Assembly: GCA_041671645.1 (NCBI GenBank)
Contig: JBAZBD010000001.1
Coordinates: 543,234 to 607,233, forward strand
Origin: Patescibacteria group bacterium
Lineage (GTDB): Bacteria; Patescibacteriota; UBA1384; XYA2-FULL-43-10; 1-14-0-10-43-13
Direction: 5' to 3'
Length of the DNA: 64,000 nt
The notes under the pieces were generated by a model. That model had not been told where the DNA came from. It saw only the letters and a program-made list of their open reading frames with translations, and ran no database searches. This document shows, piece by piece, positions 39,252 to 49,921 of the stretch. Numbering within the stretch: position 1 is the stretch's first letter; every line of letters begins with the position of its first letter. The position numbers and the translations under genes were made by a program.

Positions 39252-39848
39252 TCAGTTTCTTTCAATCTTTTTGGGCTCAGAGCCTGTTAAATCCCAAAGC
39301 TCCGAGGGTGCAGATTGGGGAAGCTCTCCTCCATCAATAACAAAATCGAGCTGGCCGAGGCCATCAAATTGGTCGCTAATCTGATCTACCGAATAGCAAT
39401 TTGGCAGTCCTGACTTGTTCGCCGAGGTTTGGGCCACGAAGCCGTCCGACAGTTCGGCGATTTTTAGTATCAATTCATTATCTGGCACACGGACAGCGAT
39501 AGTCCCCTCTCGTTTGCACAAATCAGAAATCTTGTTGGCATTGTTTGCTCTCAATACGAATGTAAATTTGCCAGGAATTTTTTGACTGATAAAATTTGAG
39601 TTTTCCGCGCTCAGGTCAGCAGCGTTACCGATTTGTTCGATTTCGTAAGTGGCCAAACCAATAGTCTTTGACTCTGGCCGACCCTTTATCTCATTAATTT
39701 TATTTATTGCGCTATGGCTGGTCGGATCAGCAATTATTCCGTAAACGGTGTCAAATGGAGCGACGACAAGGCCTCCAGCTCGTATGATTTGTGCGGCTTC
39801 GGTGACGACCTCTTGCATGTTACTGTTTGTAAGCATTATTCTTTTCAT
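39252..39848 (-). CDS. tsaC: L-threonylcarbamoyl-AMP synthase (TsaC/Sua5 family)
   Basis: PFDTVYG, KGRPESK, IAVRVP, TSANKSG. Confidence 0.92.
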   Translation of the reverse strand: MKRIMLTNSNMQEVVTEAAQIIRAGGLVVAPFDTVYGIIADPTSHSAINKINEIKGRPESKTIGLATYEIEQIGNAADLSAENSNFISQKIPGKFTFVLRANNANKISDLCKREGTIAVRVPDNELILKIAELSDGFVAQTSANKSGLPNCYSVDQISDQFDGLGQLDFVIDGGELPQSAPSELWDLTGSEPKKIERN

Positions 39849-39914
39849 AATTCTCCTTGAGTTATAACTACAATCATAATATAATTGAATTAAAATTTAA
39901 ACAAAGAAGGTAAT

Positions 39915-40970
39915 ATGGGCAATTTAGAACAACTAGACAAAATTGACTTCAAAAAAGCTGATCCGAAGGGAATGATAAATAATATTGTAAGCTTTGTGGA
40001 TGATGCAAGACAGGCTTTTGAGACTGCTTCTAGCTTTAATGTCCCTGCTTACTATATTAAGGCCAAGAAAATTGTCCTGGTCGGGATGGGCGGATCTGGA
40101 GCTGCCGGAGACATTATCAAGGAGTATCTAAGCCCTCATGCCGACTTAATCGTCGAGAGCATACATGACTATTCCCTGCCATCATGGGCAGGTAGCGATA
40201 CCCTCGTCATCTTAAACTCATATTCTGGCAACACCGAGGAAGTTCTGGCTGTATTTCTGGAAGCACAAAATCGCGGCGCCAAAATGATTTCGGTCACGAC
40301 TGGTGGCAAGCTTAAGGTGCTTTCCGACAAGTACAAAGTACCAACTTTATCGTTTGAATATGAGGGATGCCCCAGAGCATCTTTCCCTTATCTTTTCATT
40401 CTGATGCTTTCTGTATTTATGAAACTTGGCTATGTCAATTTCACCGAAGCCGATGTCAAAAGTGCTTTGGACAGCCTTGATGAACTTAAGAAAAAATACC
40501 TTCCTGATGTTTCGCTATTTTCCAACCCGGCCAAGATACTGGCTGAAAAGATCCATGGACGCGTACCGGTGATCTTTAGTTCTCGCCTGTTGGCTGGCGC
40601 GGCACTCCGCTTCAAAAATCAAATCAACGAAAACGCTAAACACTGGGCTTTCACCTGTATCTTCCCGGAGCTTCACCACAACGTTATTGAAGGAATGCTG
40701 AGGCCAGAAAACCTTTGCATGGTTATGATGTTGGAATCTAATTTTGATTATGATCGTGTCACACTCCGCGAAAATATCAGCTCTGAAATTATGAGGAAGC
40801 ACAAAATTACGCTCGAGAGGATCAAATTTGTCAAAGCAAAAGATCAACTTTCCGAGACCCTATCATTTGTACTGCTCGGAGACTTTGTTTCATATTACCT
40901 AGCAATACTGGACAAGGTAAATCCTGGGGTCAACGAAGTTATCGACGAAGTGAAATCCAAACTCAGCTAA
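39915..40970 (+). CDS. Bifunctional phosphoglucose/phosphomannose isomerase (archaeal type)
   Basis: GMGGSG, SYSGNTEE, QINENAK, PELHHN. Confidence 0.92.
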   Translation: MGNLEQLDKIDFKKADPKGMINNIVSFVDDARQAFETASSFNVPAYYIKAKKIVLVGMGGSGAAGDIIKEYLSPHADLIVESIHDYSLPSWAGSDTLVILNSYSGNTEEVLAVFLEAQNRGAKMISVTTGGKLKVLSDKYKVPTLSFEYEGCPRASFPYLFILMLSVFMKLGYVNFTEADVKSALDSLDELKKKYLPDVSLFSNPAKILAEKIHGRVPVIFSSRLLAGAALRFKNQINENAKHWAFTCIFPELHHNVIEGMLRPENLCMVMMLESNFDYDRVTLRENISSEIMRKHKITLERIKFVKAKDQLSETLSFVLLGDFVSYYLAILDKVNPGVNEVIDEVKSKLS

Positions 40971-40987
40971 CATAAATCGGAGGGAAC

Positions 40988-42562
40988 TTGAACTTTTTTA
41001 ATAAAGAATCGCGTAAAGTACATGCGCTGATTGTACTTGACGGCTGGGGAATCGCTCCTGTCTGGGGCGGCAACGCTATTGCTGTGGCCGAAACACCGGT
41101 TTTTAATAGTTTGGTCAACAAATATCCTTCCACCACACTGGTCGCTTCAGGAACAGGAGTTGGACTTTCTGAGGGATCCCCCGGCAACTCCGAAGCTGGC
41201 CATCTCAACATTGGAGCGGGTCAAGTCATCCTTCAGGATCAAGGTCTGATCGACAATCACATTAATGATGGTTCGTTTTTCAGTAATGGCACAATTCTCG
41301 GCGCAATTGAACATTCTCGGAAGAATAACTCTATGCTTCATATCATGGGGCTTCTCTCGAAGACTGGCACGCATAGTCAGATTGCCCACCTGTACGCTAT
41401 TTTGAAACTTTTGCATGACCAGAACTTTAGCAACTTCATGATTCATTTTTTTACTGACGGTAGGGACTCTGACGTGATGTCAGGGATTGAAATGCTGGCC
41501 GAAGTACAGAATAAATGCGCTGAATTTGGCTTTGGACCAAATCGAATCGCATCGATCGTTGGAAGATTTTACGCCATGGACCGTGACAATAATTGGTCCC
41601 GTGTGAAAAAATCATATGATCTATTGACTCAAGCTGTTGGGACACAATTCGAAACTCCAGGATCAGTTTTTGCCTCTTCTTATTCTCAAAACATCACGGA
41701 TGAGTTCATTGAGCCAAGCGTTATTGCCAACAAGTCTCAGCCAATCGCGACCGTCAAGGATAACGACTCCATCATACTTTTTAATTTTAGAGCAGATCGC
41801 GCCAAGGAAATAACAGATGCCTTTCTGAACGATCAGATCCCTGATTACCCAGATCGGAAAAAATTAAATAATTTATATTTCGTTTCCTTTGTCATGTACA
41901 ACGAAAATTCACTTGCAAAGCAAGCCTTCGCTCCAGTACTCCACAACCATGGCCTAGCTCAAATCTGGTCTGAGCATGGACTTAAGCAATATCACTCCGC
42001 AGAAAGCGAAAAGTATGCTCATGTCACTTACTTCTTTGACGGTGGCTCAGAAAAGAAAAGTCCAGGCGAAGATTGGGCCATGATCCCCTCAAAGAAGGGC
42101 CTAAGCTACGCCAAATTACCAGAGATGAGTGCTCGCGAGCTCACTGCTGAAACGCTTTCGGTCATCAATAAGGATATATATGATTGTTTCGTTATTAATT
42201 TTGCCAATCCGGACATGGTCGGACACACAGGTGACCTTCAAGCTACCGCCAAAGCTGTTAGCTATGTCGATCAGTGCTTAGGTGAAATTCTCTCGCTAAT
42301 CCAAAAGAAGAACGGTGTTGCTTTCATTTGCGCAGATCATGGCAACGCCGAACAGATGGTCAACCCCAAAACAGGCGGTCCTGACACTGAGCACACTTCA
42401 AACCCCGTCCCGTTCATAATATTTGGTGCTGATTTCGAAAACAAAAAAATTGCATTGCGCCAGGATGGGAAGCTTTCTGATATCGCTCCAACAGTCCTTG
42501 AATTGATGGGTATTAATCTTGAAATTCCTGGGATGAACAAATCATTAATCGTTAGAGGGTAA
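40988..42562 (+). CDS. gpmI: 2,3-bisphosphoglycerate-independent phosphoglycerate mutase
   Basis: LDGWG, GNSEAGH, DGRD, GRFYAMDRD, DMVGHTG, ADHGNAE. Confidence 0.97.
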   Translation: MNFFNKESRKVHALIVLDGWGIAPVWGGNAIAVAETPVFNSLVNKYPSTTLVASGTGVGLSEGSPGNSEAGHLNIGAGQVILQDQGLIDNHINDGSFFSNGTILGAIEHSRKNNSMLHIMGLLSKTGTHSQIAHLYAILKLLHDQNFSNFMIHFFTDGRDSDVMSGIEMLAEVQNKCAEFGFGPNRIASIVGRFYAMDRDNNWSRVKKSYDLLTQAVGTQFETPGSVFASSYSQNITDEFIEPSVIANKSQPIATVKDNDSIILFNFRADRAKEITDAFLNDQIPDYPDRKKLNNLYFVSFVMYNENSLAKQAFAPVLHNHGLAQIWSEHGLKQYHSAESEKYAHVTYFFDGGSEKKSPGEDWAMIPSKKGLSYAKLPEMSARELTAETLSVINKDIYDCFVINFANPDMVGHTGDLQATAKAVSYVDQCLGEILSLIQKKNGVAFICADHGNAEQMVNPKTGGPDTEHTSNPVPFIIFGADFENKKIALRQDGKLSDIAPTVLELMGINLEIPGMNKSLIVRG

Positions 42563-42565
42563 AGC

Positions 42566-44005
42566 TTGCCAAAGAAAATAAGAAAACTTGTCACGTTATT
42601 AATAGATGGTTTTGGTGTTTCAACGTCCTCACAAAATAACGCGGTAGCTATAGAAACTATCCCCAATTTTCAATTTCTCTGGGATCATTATCCCCGCAAA
42701 TGTCTGGTCTCGGCCATTCGCCCAGATTCGACCGAAAAAGCGAAGTGTTTTGATACCGAAAATAGCTATCTTGAAATTAGCTTGGGGTATAATCCCAGAA
42801 CCGAACGCAAAGCATTGCCAGACCTATCTCGAAGCACACAGCTTCAAAATATTATAAATATTGTCAGGGACCACCGATCCGCCCTCCATTTGTTTTTTGT
42901 CTTGTCGAACGACGACTCTCAATCCTCACTCAAACAATTGCTTGATCTGATCAAAATTTCCCAAGGAAGCCAGGTCTTTTTCCTCTATATCCATATTTTA
43001 ATAGACAATTCCTTCAAGAGCCCAAGTGATTTATTGATCCATTTCGAAAAGTTGGAGGCGAAGATCAAATCAACTGGACTCGGTGAGATTGTTTCTATTG
43101 TTGGCGAATTGTATTTATCTTCTACTGCTGGCAATAAGAAAAGTATCAATGGTTATCTAGACCGAAATACTGACTTATTCATTTCGGGAGAACAAGCAAT
43201 TAAAAGTTTGGCTAAGGGCGATTTAGCAAATTTTCCCCACTGCACGCTAAAAACGACATCTAGCGGAGGAATCTCGGATTTTGACGCTGTTGTTTTCGCC
43301 AATCACAATAACTTACTTCTGACTAATTTCATTTCCTTTTTGAGCCGTTCCCCCAGGAAACCACGCTTTGTTTCTCTGGCCTCTCTCGCCGACACTGGGA
43401 TTGTAGGGGTCTTGCCGATTTATAATACGCCTGAACATCTAATGGCCCGACTCTCTAAAGCTCAAATCAAGTCACGTCTGATCCTCCCTGACAATTCCCA
43501 AGAGAGCAGACGTTACTGGCTAAACGAAACTGACAACGTTGCTCCACGCTACTACCCCTCAGATAATCCTGCCGCGATTCAAGATTTTCTAAGTAGTGAG
43601 CTTGATGATTTTTTCCATTCTGATACTTCCTTTTTGCTAATTCAATATTCAGATCTGATACAGAAGTGCCAAAGCGCTGGTTTTTCAGGTTGCGCAAACA
43701 GCGCCCAGCTAGTAAACTTAGTTATTAGGATGGTCTTCGAAAAGGTGATGAATTCTGACAGCAGTTTTTATATCGCCTCACCTTATGGAATGGCAGAAAA
43801 TTTAACTCGCTCCAAAGAAATGGCCGGTTTCGGATTCAACTACTTGCCCACTCCCTCGAACACTCCACTTCTGTTGATCGAAGACGTTCGATCGACCGTA
43901 AAATCGAAAAACTCTCTCTTGCAAGAAATCGCTACCAGCAGAGACGGTTTGCAATCGATTCACAAAACTATATTAAAGCATTTTCAGATCGGAGAAACGT
44001 TATGA
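42566..44005 (+). CDS. Degenerate GpmI paralog lacking catalytic motifs
   Basis: Colinear with GpmI (LLIDGFG..LWDHYP..ALHL..YIHILID..DFDAVVFAN..SPYGMAE..SNTP); intact 479-aa ORF. Confidence 0.75.
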   Translation: MPKKIRKLVTLLIDGFGVSTSSQNNAVAIETIPNFQFLWDHYPRKCLVSAIRPDSTEKAKCFDTENSYLEISLGYNPRTERKALPDLSRSTQLQNIINIVRDHRSALHLFFVLSNDDSQSSLKQLLDLIKISQGSQVFFLYIHILIDNSFKSPSDLLIHFEKLEAKIKSTGLGEIVSIVGELYLSSTAGNKKSINGYLDRNTDLFISGEQAIKSLAKGDLANFPHCTLKTTSSGGISDFDAVVFANHNNLLLTNFISFLSRSPRKPRFVSLASLADTGIVGVLPIYNTPEHLMARLSKAQIKSRLILPDNSQESRRYWLNETDNVAPRYYPSDNPAAIQDFLSSELDDFFHSDTSFLLIQYSDLIQKCQSAGFSGCANSAQLVNLVIRMVFEKVMNSDSSFYIASPYGMAENLTRSKEMAGFGFNYLPTPSNTPLLLIEDVRSTVKSKNSLLQEIATSRDGLQSIHKTILKHFQIGETL

Positions 44006-46011
44006 CCCTTGCAAAAATGATATCGCCCAGAAGCATCGCCCTTATTGGAGCATCCTCCAATCCAGAGAAGATCGGCTTCCAAATTCTGTCGAACATCCTA
44101 AACGGCGGTTTTGCTGGTCGTGTTTTCCCCGTGAATTTGTCTGGCGAAACAATACTAAATTTGCAATCGGTTAAATCGGTCTTGGATATCAAGGAGCATA
44201 TCGACCTCGCGATTATCGCGATTCCAGCTAAGTTCGTCAGGGACTCTGTGCTTGAATGCGTCAAGACTCGCGTAAGCTCAGTTATTGTTATCTCTGCCGG
44301 TTTCGCCGAGATTGGAGAGGCTGGCAAATTGATTCAAGACGAGATTCGAGATATTTGCGAGAAAAATAACATTTCTTTGCTTGGTCCAAACTGTTTGGGG
44401 TTGATAAATACTGAAATAAATTTGAATGCTACTTTCGCTAAGGAGTTGCCAAAAACAGGCCATGTCTCCCTGCTTTCTCAATCAGGAGCCATCATTACCT
44501 CAATAATCGACTGGTCCAAGAACTCCCCAATCGGATTTTCCAAAATATTTTCAATTGGCAACAAAGCGCTGATTAAGGAATCTGATTTATTTGAATATTT
44601 ATACAATGACAATGAGACAAAAGTTGTGGCAGCTTATATTGAAAACCTCGAGGTTGACCGTCATCTATCTGAGATTTTTATCAAAAATGCCAAGAAAAAG
44701 CCTACGATAATCCTTTTTGGGGGCAAAAGTTCTTTTGGCGCCCGCGCCGCGCTCTCACATACTGGATCGATAGTAAGCTCTTACACCTCGGTCAAAGCCT
44801 ATCTCACACAAGCAGGAGTGATTATCGCCGACACCCTCGAAGACCTTTTGCTTTATTCTCGCGTCTTCTCAAGCTACCAGCAGATCAACGGCAACAATAT
44901 TACTATAATCACAAATGCTGGTGGCCCAGCTATTGCCGCTTCTGATCATTTGCATGATCTGGGGCTCAATCTCAACACACTCTCGCCCAAAACCGTCAGT
45001 TTGCTCCAGAAACAACTACGACCAGAGGCAAACCTGACAAATCCCGTCGATTTGCTCGGAGATGCCAGTGAAATTGATTACCAAAAAGCTCTGGAAATCG
45101 TGACGAACGACAGTGGAACTGATGGAATTCTTGTGATTTTGACTCCTCAATCCGCTACAAAGATTATCGAGACTGCAGAAGTAATTGCCAGCGTCAAATC
45201 CAGGACACCGATTATTTCCTCATTTGTAGGCGGCGAAATTCTGACCAGTGCCAAAGATATTATAGAGAACTCCGGCAAGCCATGCTTCTCATATCCCGAG
45301 GAAGCAGCACTAGGCTTGCTCACTCTATTTAAATTTTCAGCAGAGAAACAAACTTTGCTCGTGCCGCATTCGCCAAAGCATAATTTATTCAATTCTGAGA
45401 ATAAAGAAAAGCATTTGCTGGATTACAAACTTCCGATTGTCCAATACAAAGAGTGTAAGAATATCGATGAGGTTAAAGACGCGGCAGATAGCATCGGGTT
45501 TCCCGTAGTTCTAAAGATGGCCGATCAAAACGCGCACAAATCTGATGAGGGCAAAGTGGTTTTGAATATTGAGGATTCCTTCCACCTCCAAAAAGCCTTT
45601 TTGAAAACTGGCTCCCCCGCTATCGTCGGTCCCATGGTCAACAAGAAGTTTGAGATTATGCTCGGCATCAAAAAGGAGGCTGGGACAGGAACCACCATAG
45701 TTTTTGGTACGGGTGGAATATATGCAGAGATATATCAAGATTTTAGCTACCGCATCGCACCGCTAGATCAAAAGAACGCTCTCTCGATGATCTTGGAGAC
45801 TAAAATTGGGCGAATTCTAAACGGTGCTCGCAACCAGAAAAAATATGATCTTGCGGCTCTAGCAGATATACTTGTTCGTGCCACAAATTTTGCTGATAAC
45901 TTTAGCAACATCAAAGAAATAGATTTCAATCCTATCGTGGCCGACGCCGACAATTTTCATTTGGTGGATGTGAGAATTATTCTGACAGAAAATATAGAGG
46001 GAGATAAATGA
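44002..46011 (+). CDS. ADP-forming acetate/acyl-CoA ligase (fused alpha-beta)
   Basis: PRSIALIGAS, SAGFAE, GPNCLG, SQSGA, SHTGS phospho-His, NAGG, ATP-grasp HKSD..EIDFNP. Confidence 0.92.
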   Translation: MTLAKMISPRSIALIGASSNPEKIGFQILSNILNGGFAGRVFPVNLSGETILNLQSVKSVLDIKEHIDLAIIAIPAKFVRDSVLECVKTRVSSVIVISAGFAEIGEAGKLIQDEIRDICEKNNISLLGPNCLGLINTEINLNATFAKELPKTGHVSLLSQSGAIITSIIDWSKNSPIGFSKIFSIGNKALIKESDLFEYLYNDNETKVVAAYIENLEVDRHLSEIFIKNAKKKPTIILFGGKSSFGARAALSHTGSIVSSYTSVKAYLTQAGVIIADTLEDLLLYSRVFSSYQQINGNNITIITNAGGPAIAASDHLHDLGLNLNTLSPKTVSLLQKQLRPEANLTNPVDLLGDASEIDYQKALEIVTNDSGTDGILVILTPQSATKIIETAEVIASVKSRTPIISSFVGGEILTSAKDIIENSGKPCFSYPEEAALGLLTLFKFSAEKQTLLVPHSPKHNLFNSENKEKHLLDYKLPIVQYKECKNIDEVKDAADSIGFPVVLKMADQNAHKSDEGKVVLNIEDSFHLQKAFLKTGSPAIVGPMVNKKFEIMLGIKKEAGTGTTIVFGTGGIYAEIYQDFSYRIAPLDQKNALSMILETKIGRILNGARNQKKYDLAALADILVRATNFADNFSNIKEIDFNPIVADADNFHLVDVRIILTENIEGDK

Positions 46012-47048
46012 AAAAACAAGTTTTAATTTCTGGCAACGAGGCAGCTGTGCTGGGCACAATCGATGCTGGCGCTACCGTCATGTTTGGCTATCCAATCACG
46101 CCTGCGACAGAGATCCTCGAAGGTTATATACGCAAGGCAGAAGAAAACCCAGAGCTTAAGTACCTTCAAACCGAAGATGAAATTGCGGCAGGTTTCGGCG
46201 TCCTGGGCAGTGTCTTGGGTGGCGTCAAAAGTTTTACCGCTTCGGCTGGGCCAGGGCATGTCCTGCTTCAAGATCCAATCGCCATGGCCGAGAATCTCAG
46301 ACTTCCCTTTGTCGGTATAATCATGCAAAGAGGCGGCCCATCAACTGGTACTGTAAACTTTTCTCAGCAGGAAGTGACCCTGGCCGCATTTGGAGGCAAT
46401 GGTGATGGACATAGGATTGTATATTCTGCCTCGACTGTTCCAGAAATGTACGAATTAACAAAAAAATCATTTGAAACCGCTTGGAAATATCGCTTTCCCA
46501 CTATTCTTCTGGGTGACGGTTATCTCGGTAAAATGAAAAACGTTGTCGAAATTGATCAACACTCCGAAAAAGCAAAAAGTTCTCCCATCCTCGAAGAGAA
46601 AGCTGAGTCAACAAATTTGAGAAATTGTTATAGCTCAGAGGAGTCGTTTGGTGCGGTGCTCGATCAGACACACAAAGATTGGCAGAAAAGTCGAGAAGAA
46701 ATTGTAGAGTCCGAATCATACAAAGTCTCTGATGCGAAGACGTTGATCGTGGCTCACGGTTTGGTCGCAAGTGCCGCCAGAGATGCAGTAAAAATAATGC
46801 GAAAAAGTGGCGCTAGGATTGGTCTTTTCCGTCCAATCACTCTAAACCCTTTTGACAAAGCCAAATTATTGATTGCCGCTAAAAAGACCGAAAAAATAAT
46901 TATCATCGAATCTTCACTCAACCAGTTGTCCAGAATCGTCAAATATGAAATGGCCGGCCAAAAAGCGAAGTTCATCGAAATATCAAAATCAGCTCAAGGG
47001 TTCACCCCCGAAGAGATAATTGACCAAATTAGGAGGCACAATGGATAA
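46008..47048 (+). CDS. 2-oxoacid:ferredoxin oxidoreductase alpha subunit
   Basis: GNEA..GYPITPATE..QTEDEIAA..QRGGPSTG. Confidence 0.93.
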   Translation: MKKQVLISGNEAAVLGTIDAGATVMFGYPITPATEILEGYIRKAEENPELKYLQTEDEIAAGFGVLGSVLGGVKSFTASAGPGHVLLQDPIAMAENLRLPFVGIIMQRGGPSTGTVNFSQQEVTLAAFGGNGDGHRIVYSASTVPEMYELTKKSFETAWKYRFPTILLGDGYLGKMKNVVEIDQHSEKAKSSPILEEKAESTNLRNCYSSEESFGAVLDQTHKDWQKSREEIVESESYKVSDAKTLIVAHGLVASAARDAVKIMRKSGARIGLFRPITLNPFDKAKLLIAAKKTEKIIIIESSLNQLSRIVKYEMAGQKAKFIEISKSAQGFTPEEIIDQIRRHNG

Positions 47049-47778
47049 TATTATGCCAAAGTGCTGGAAGAAAAGCAGCAAACCTCACCTATTTTGCCCA
47101 GGTTGCGGCCACGGTAGCGTCCTAAAACAATTGGGGTACTTGGCAGATGAAATGGGAATAGCTCGAAATACTGCACTGGGCATCGATATCGGTTGCTCTC
47201 TTCTGGCCTGGGATTTTTTCGATATGGACACTGTCCAGACACACCACGGCCGAACGACTTCTGTAATGGTCGGTTACAAAATGGCTAGACCAAGCCGAAT
47301 CGCCATTGCCTACATGGGCGACGGCGGCGGATACGCGATTGGCCTTCAGGCCCTCGTCCATGCGGCATATCGAAACAACCCGATCACCGTGATCTTGGTC
47401 AATAATGAAAATTATGCAATGACCGGCGGTCAGACCTCGCCAACTACCGAGGTAGGAACTGTGACTTCAACTGCACCAAGCGGCAAATCAGCAGTATTCG
47501 GACCGGGATTCAAGGGTCCTGAGCTCTTGGCTAATATTGCCAGCAAAAATGCTTATATCGCTCGCGCCTCGATATCCAACCCAATCCAGATGAAAGCCAT
47601 GATCAAACGCGCTATCGACAACCAAGTCAAGAACAATTCTTTTTCTTTCTTGGAAATTCTCTCAACCTGCCCAACAAATTGGAAGACAAATGCAAAAGAA
47701 AGCTTTGAGAGACTAGCCGAAATGGAGAAGTTTTTCCCTATCGGTGAAATAAGTTTAGTAGAGAAGGAGACAAAATGA
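47041..47778 (+). CDS. 2-oxoacid:ferredoxin oxidoreductase beta (TPP-binding) subunit
   Basis: FCPGCGHG, IGCS, HGR, GDGG..NNENYAMTGGQ, CPTNW. Confidence 0.93.
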   Translation: MDNIMPKCWKKSSKPHLFCPGCGHGSVLKQLGYLADEMGIARNTALGIDIGCSLLAWDFFDMDTVQTHHGRTTSVMVGYKMARPSRIAIAYMGDGGGYAIGLQALVHAAYRNNPITVILVNNENYAMTGGQTSPTTEVGTVTSTAPSGKSAVFGPGFKGPELLANIASKNAYIARASISNPIQMKAMIKRAIDNQVKNNSFSFLEILSTCPTNWKTNAKESFERLAEMEKFFPIGEISLVEKETK

Positions 47779-48593
47779 AACCAATGAAGATATTTTTAGC
47801 GGGTGAAGGCGGTCAGGGTATTCAAACTATCGCCAAAATCCTAGTGGACGCAGTCAAATCACAGGGTTCTAACGTTTCATACATTCCCGCTTTTGGCGTA
47901 GAACAACGCGGGACACCCTCCACTGCTTTCATCACCATAAGCAACGATGAAATCCGCTACCCTCGATTCGAACACGCAGACGTTGTAGTCGTACTGCAGA
48001 AGCGCGCCCTTTCTGTGATAGAAAAACATATCTCCCCCCAAACCAAAGTAGTTTTCGACTCCTCGACGATCCCTGCATCCTCGATCCATCATCACCACAA
48101 ATTGGGTATTCCAGCGACAGAAGTTGCCGCCGCGCAATTCAAGGCTCAATCTTTTAATATCTTGATTACCGGCAAGATCAGTAGGTTGATCAATCTTGAC
48201 GAGAAACTTGTTTGGGACTCAATCGTCAAAATACTGGGCAAGAAGTTTAAAGATGACAAAATCCGGAAGATGAATGAAGATTGTTTCAAGTACGGGCGAA
48301 ACGCAGTTTTTGAGATAGATCAATTTTCGAAGCCGACTTTCATGCCTGCAACCGAGAAAATCATACGCAAAGGTTTTGGCAAAAGCGCTTTGATCATTCC
48401 AGAGCGCTGTAAGGGATGCCATATCTGCATTGCCAAATGCCCTGTAGCCGCATTATCAAAAGGTGAAACTCTTGGCGTATTCGCGACTCAGGTGCCAGAG
48501 ATTGATTTGGAGAAATGTATCGCTTGCGGCAATTGCTTCCGTTTTTGCCCAGACGCCGCCATCTCCGTAACCAAAGATAAGAGTGCTAAGTAA
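47775..48593 (+). CDS. 2-oxoacid:ferredoxin oxidoreductase gamma subunit fused to a 2x[4Fe-4S] ferredoxin
   Basis: AGEGGQG..FGVEQRG; CKGCHICIAKCP and CIACGNCFRFCP. Confidence 0.92.
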   Translation: MKPMKIFLAGEGGQGIQTIAKILVDAVKSQGSNVSYIPAFGVEQRGTPSTAFITISNDEIRYPRFEHADVVVVLQKRALSVIEKHISPQTKVVFDSSTIPASSIHHHHKLGIPATEVAAAQFKAQSFNILITGKISRLINLDEKLVWDSIVKILGKKFKDDKIRKMNEDCFKYGRNAVFEIDQFSKPTFMPATEKIIRKGFGKSALIIPERCKGCHICIAKCPVAALSKGETLGVFATQVPEIDLEKCIACGNCFRFCPDAAISVTKDKSAK

Positions 48594-48640
48594 AAGCGGC
48601 CAAAAAAGCTTTTGCGGAATTTATGAACTAGAATTGAATT

Positions 48641-49894
48641 CTACCCTCTCCAATATTTTTTGCCCTTGAGATTATCAGGCAAAAGAGATTCTTTGTCGTA
48701 CATTTTGTAGTCTTTTCCAAAGCCGAAATCCTTCATTATCTTGCTAGATGCATTTCTAATTTTGAGAGGGACGGGCTCAAGTCGACTATTTGTGACGTCG
48801 TTTTTTGCACTTGCATATGCCTCATCGACAGCGCGCGATTTTGGGGCAATACTTAGATATATCACCAATTGCGCGATTGCATTATTGGCCTCAGGCATAC
48901 CCAAATGTCTGGTCGCGTCGAGTACAGATGTCGCTAAGATTAAGGCCTGTGAATCAGCCATCCCAATGTCCTCAGACGCACATCGTATCAACCGTCGGAT
49001 GACATAGAGAGGATCTTCGCCCGCCTCCAACATTCGGGCAAGATAATGTAGTGCCGCATCAGGTTGTGAAGCGCGGATTGCTTTGTGCAGGGCCGAGATG
49101 GCATCATAATGGCCGTCCGCACCCTTGTCATATCGTATAAATTTCTGCTGGATTGATTCTTGTGCCAAGAGCTCATCGATTTTGATAATCCCATCTCTTG
49201 GCTCTGCTGATATTATCGCAAGCTCCAAGGCATTGTAAGCGTCACGAAGATCGCCTTCGCATAGATTGGCAATCAGCTCCAGTGCTTTTTTGGAGATTTC
49301 TATTTTATTTTTTGGTCCTTCAGAACGACCACTTACATAGTCGGCTTGCTCTAAATTAATTCTGGAAATGGCTCTTTTTAGAGCCTTGGCCACAGACGGT
49401 ATGGTTTGTTCGCGGAAATGAAAGACTCTCGCTCTCGACAGAAGTGGAGCGTTGACTTGAAATGATGGATTTTCGGTCGTGGCTCCAATCAAGGTAACAG
49501 TACCGTTCTCGACATAGGGCAGAAGAAAATCTTGCTGCGACTTATTGAAACGATGAATTTCATCAATAAACAAAATTGTTTTGATTTGGTTGAATTGTGA
49601 TTTGTCTCCTGCTTCGGCCACTATTTTCTTCAAATCAGCTACTCCGCTAGCAACAGCAGAGATGAAGACAAACTGGCTTTTGGTCCTTCCGGCGATAATT
49701 TTGGCTAGCGTTGTCTTGCCGCATCCGGGCGGACCCCAAAAAATCATCGGGACGATTCGGTCCGACTCAATAATCCTTCGTAGGATCTTGTCTTTCCCAA
49801 CGATATGTTCCTGGCCAATAAAATCGCCTAGAGATGTAGGACGAAGTTTCTCGGCCAGCGGAAGGTTAGATTTTTGCGTGAACAAATTTTCCAA
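48641..49894 (-). CDS. rarA: Replication-associated recombination protein RarA/MgsA
   Basis: PLAEKLRP, GPPGCGKTT, DEIHRFNKSQQD, ATTENP, ASEDIG. Confidence 0.95.
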   Translation of the reverse strand: MENLFTQKSNLPLAEKLRPTSLGDFIGQEHIVGKDKILRRIIESDRIVPMIFWGPPGCGKTTLAKIIAGRTKSQFVFISAVASGVADLKKIVAEAGDKSQFNQIKTILFIDEIHRFNKSQQDFLLPYVENGTVTLIGATTENPSFQVNAPLLSRARVFHFREQTIPSVAKALKRAISRINLEQADYVSGRSEGPKNKIEISKKALELIANLCEGDLRDAYNALELAIISAEPRDGIIKIDELLAQESIQQKFIRYDKGADGHYDAISALHKAIRASQPDAALHYLARMLEAGEDPLYVIRRLIRCASEDIGMADSQALILATSVLDATRHLGMPEANNAIAQLVIYLSIAPKSRAVDEAYASAKNDVTNSRLEPVPLKIRNASSKIMKDFGFGKDYKMYDKESLLPDNLKGKKYWRG

Positions 49895-49921
49895 GTCGAC
49901 GCCAGTCCGTTAAAATCCTTG

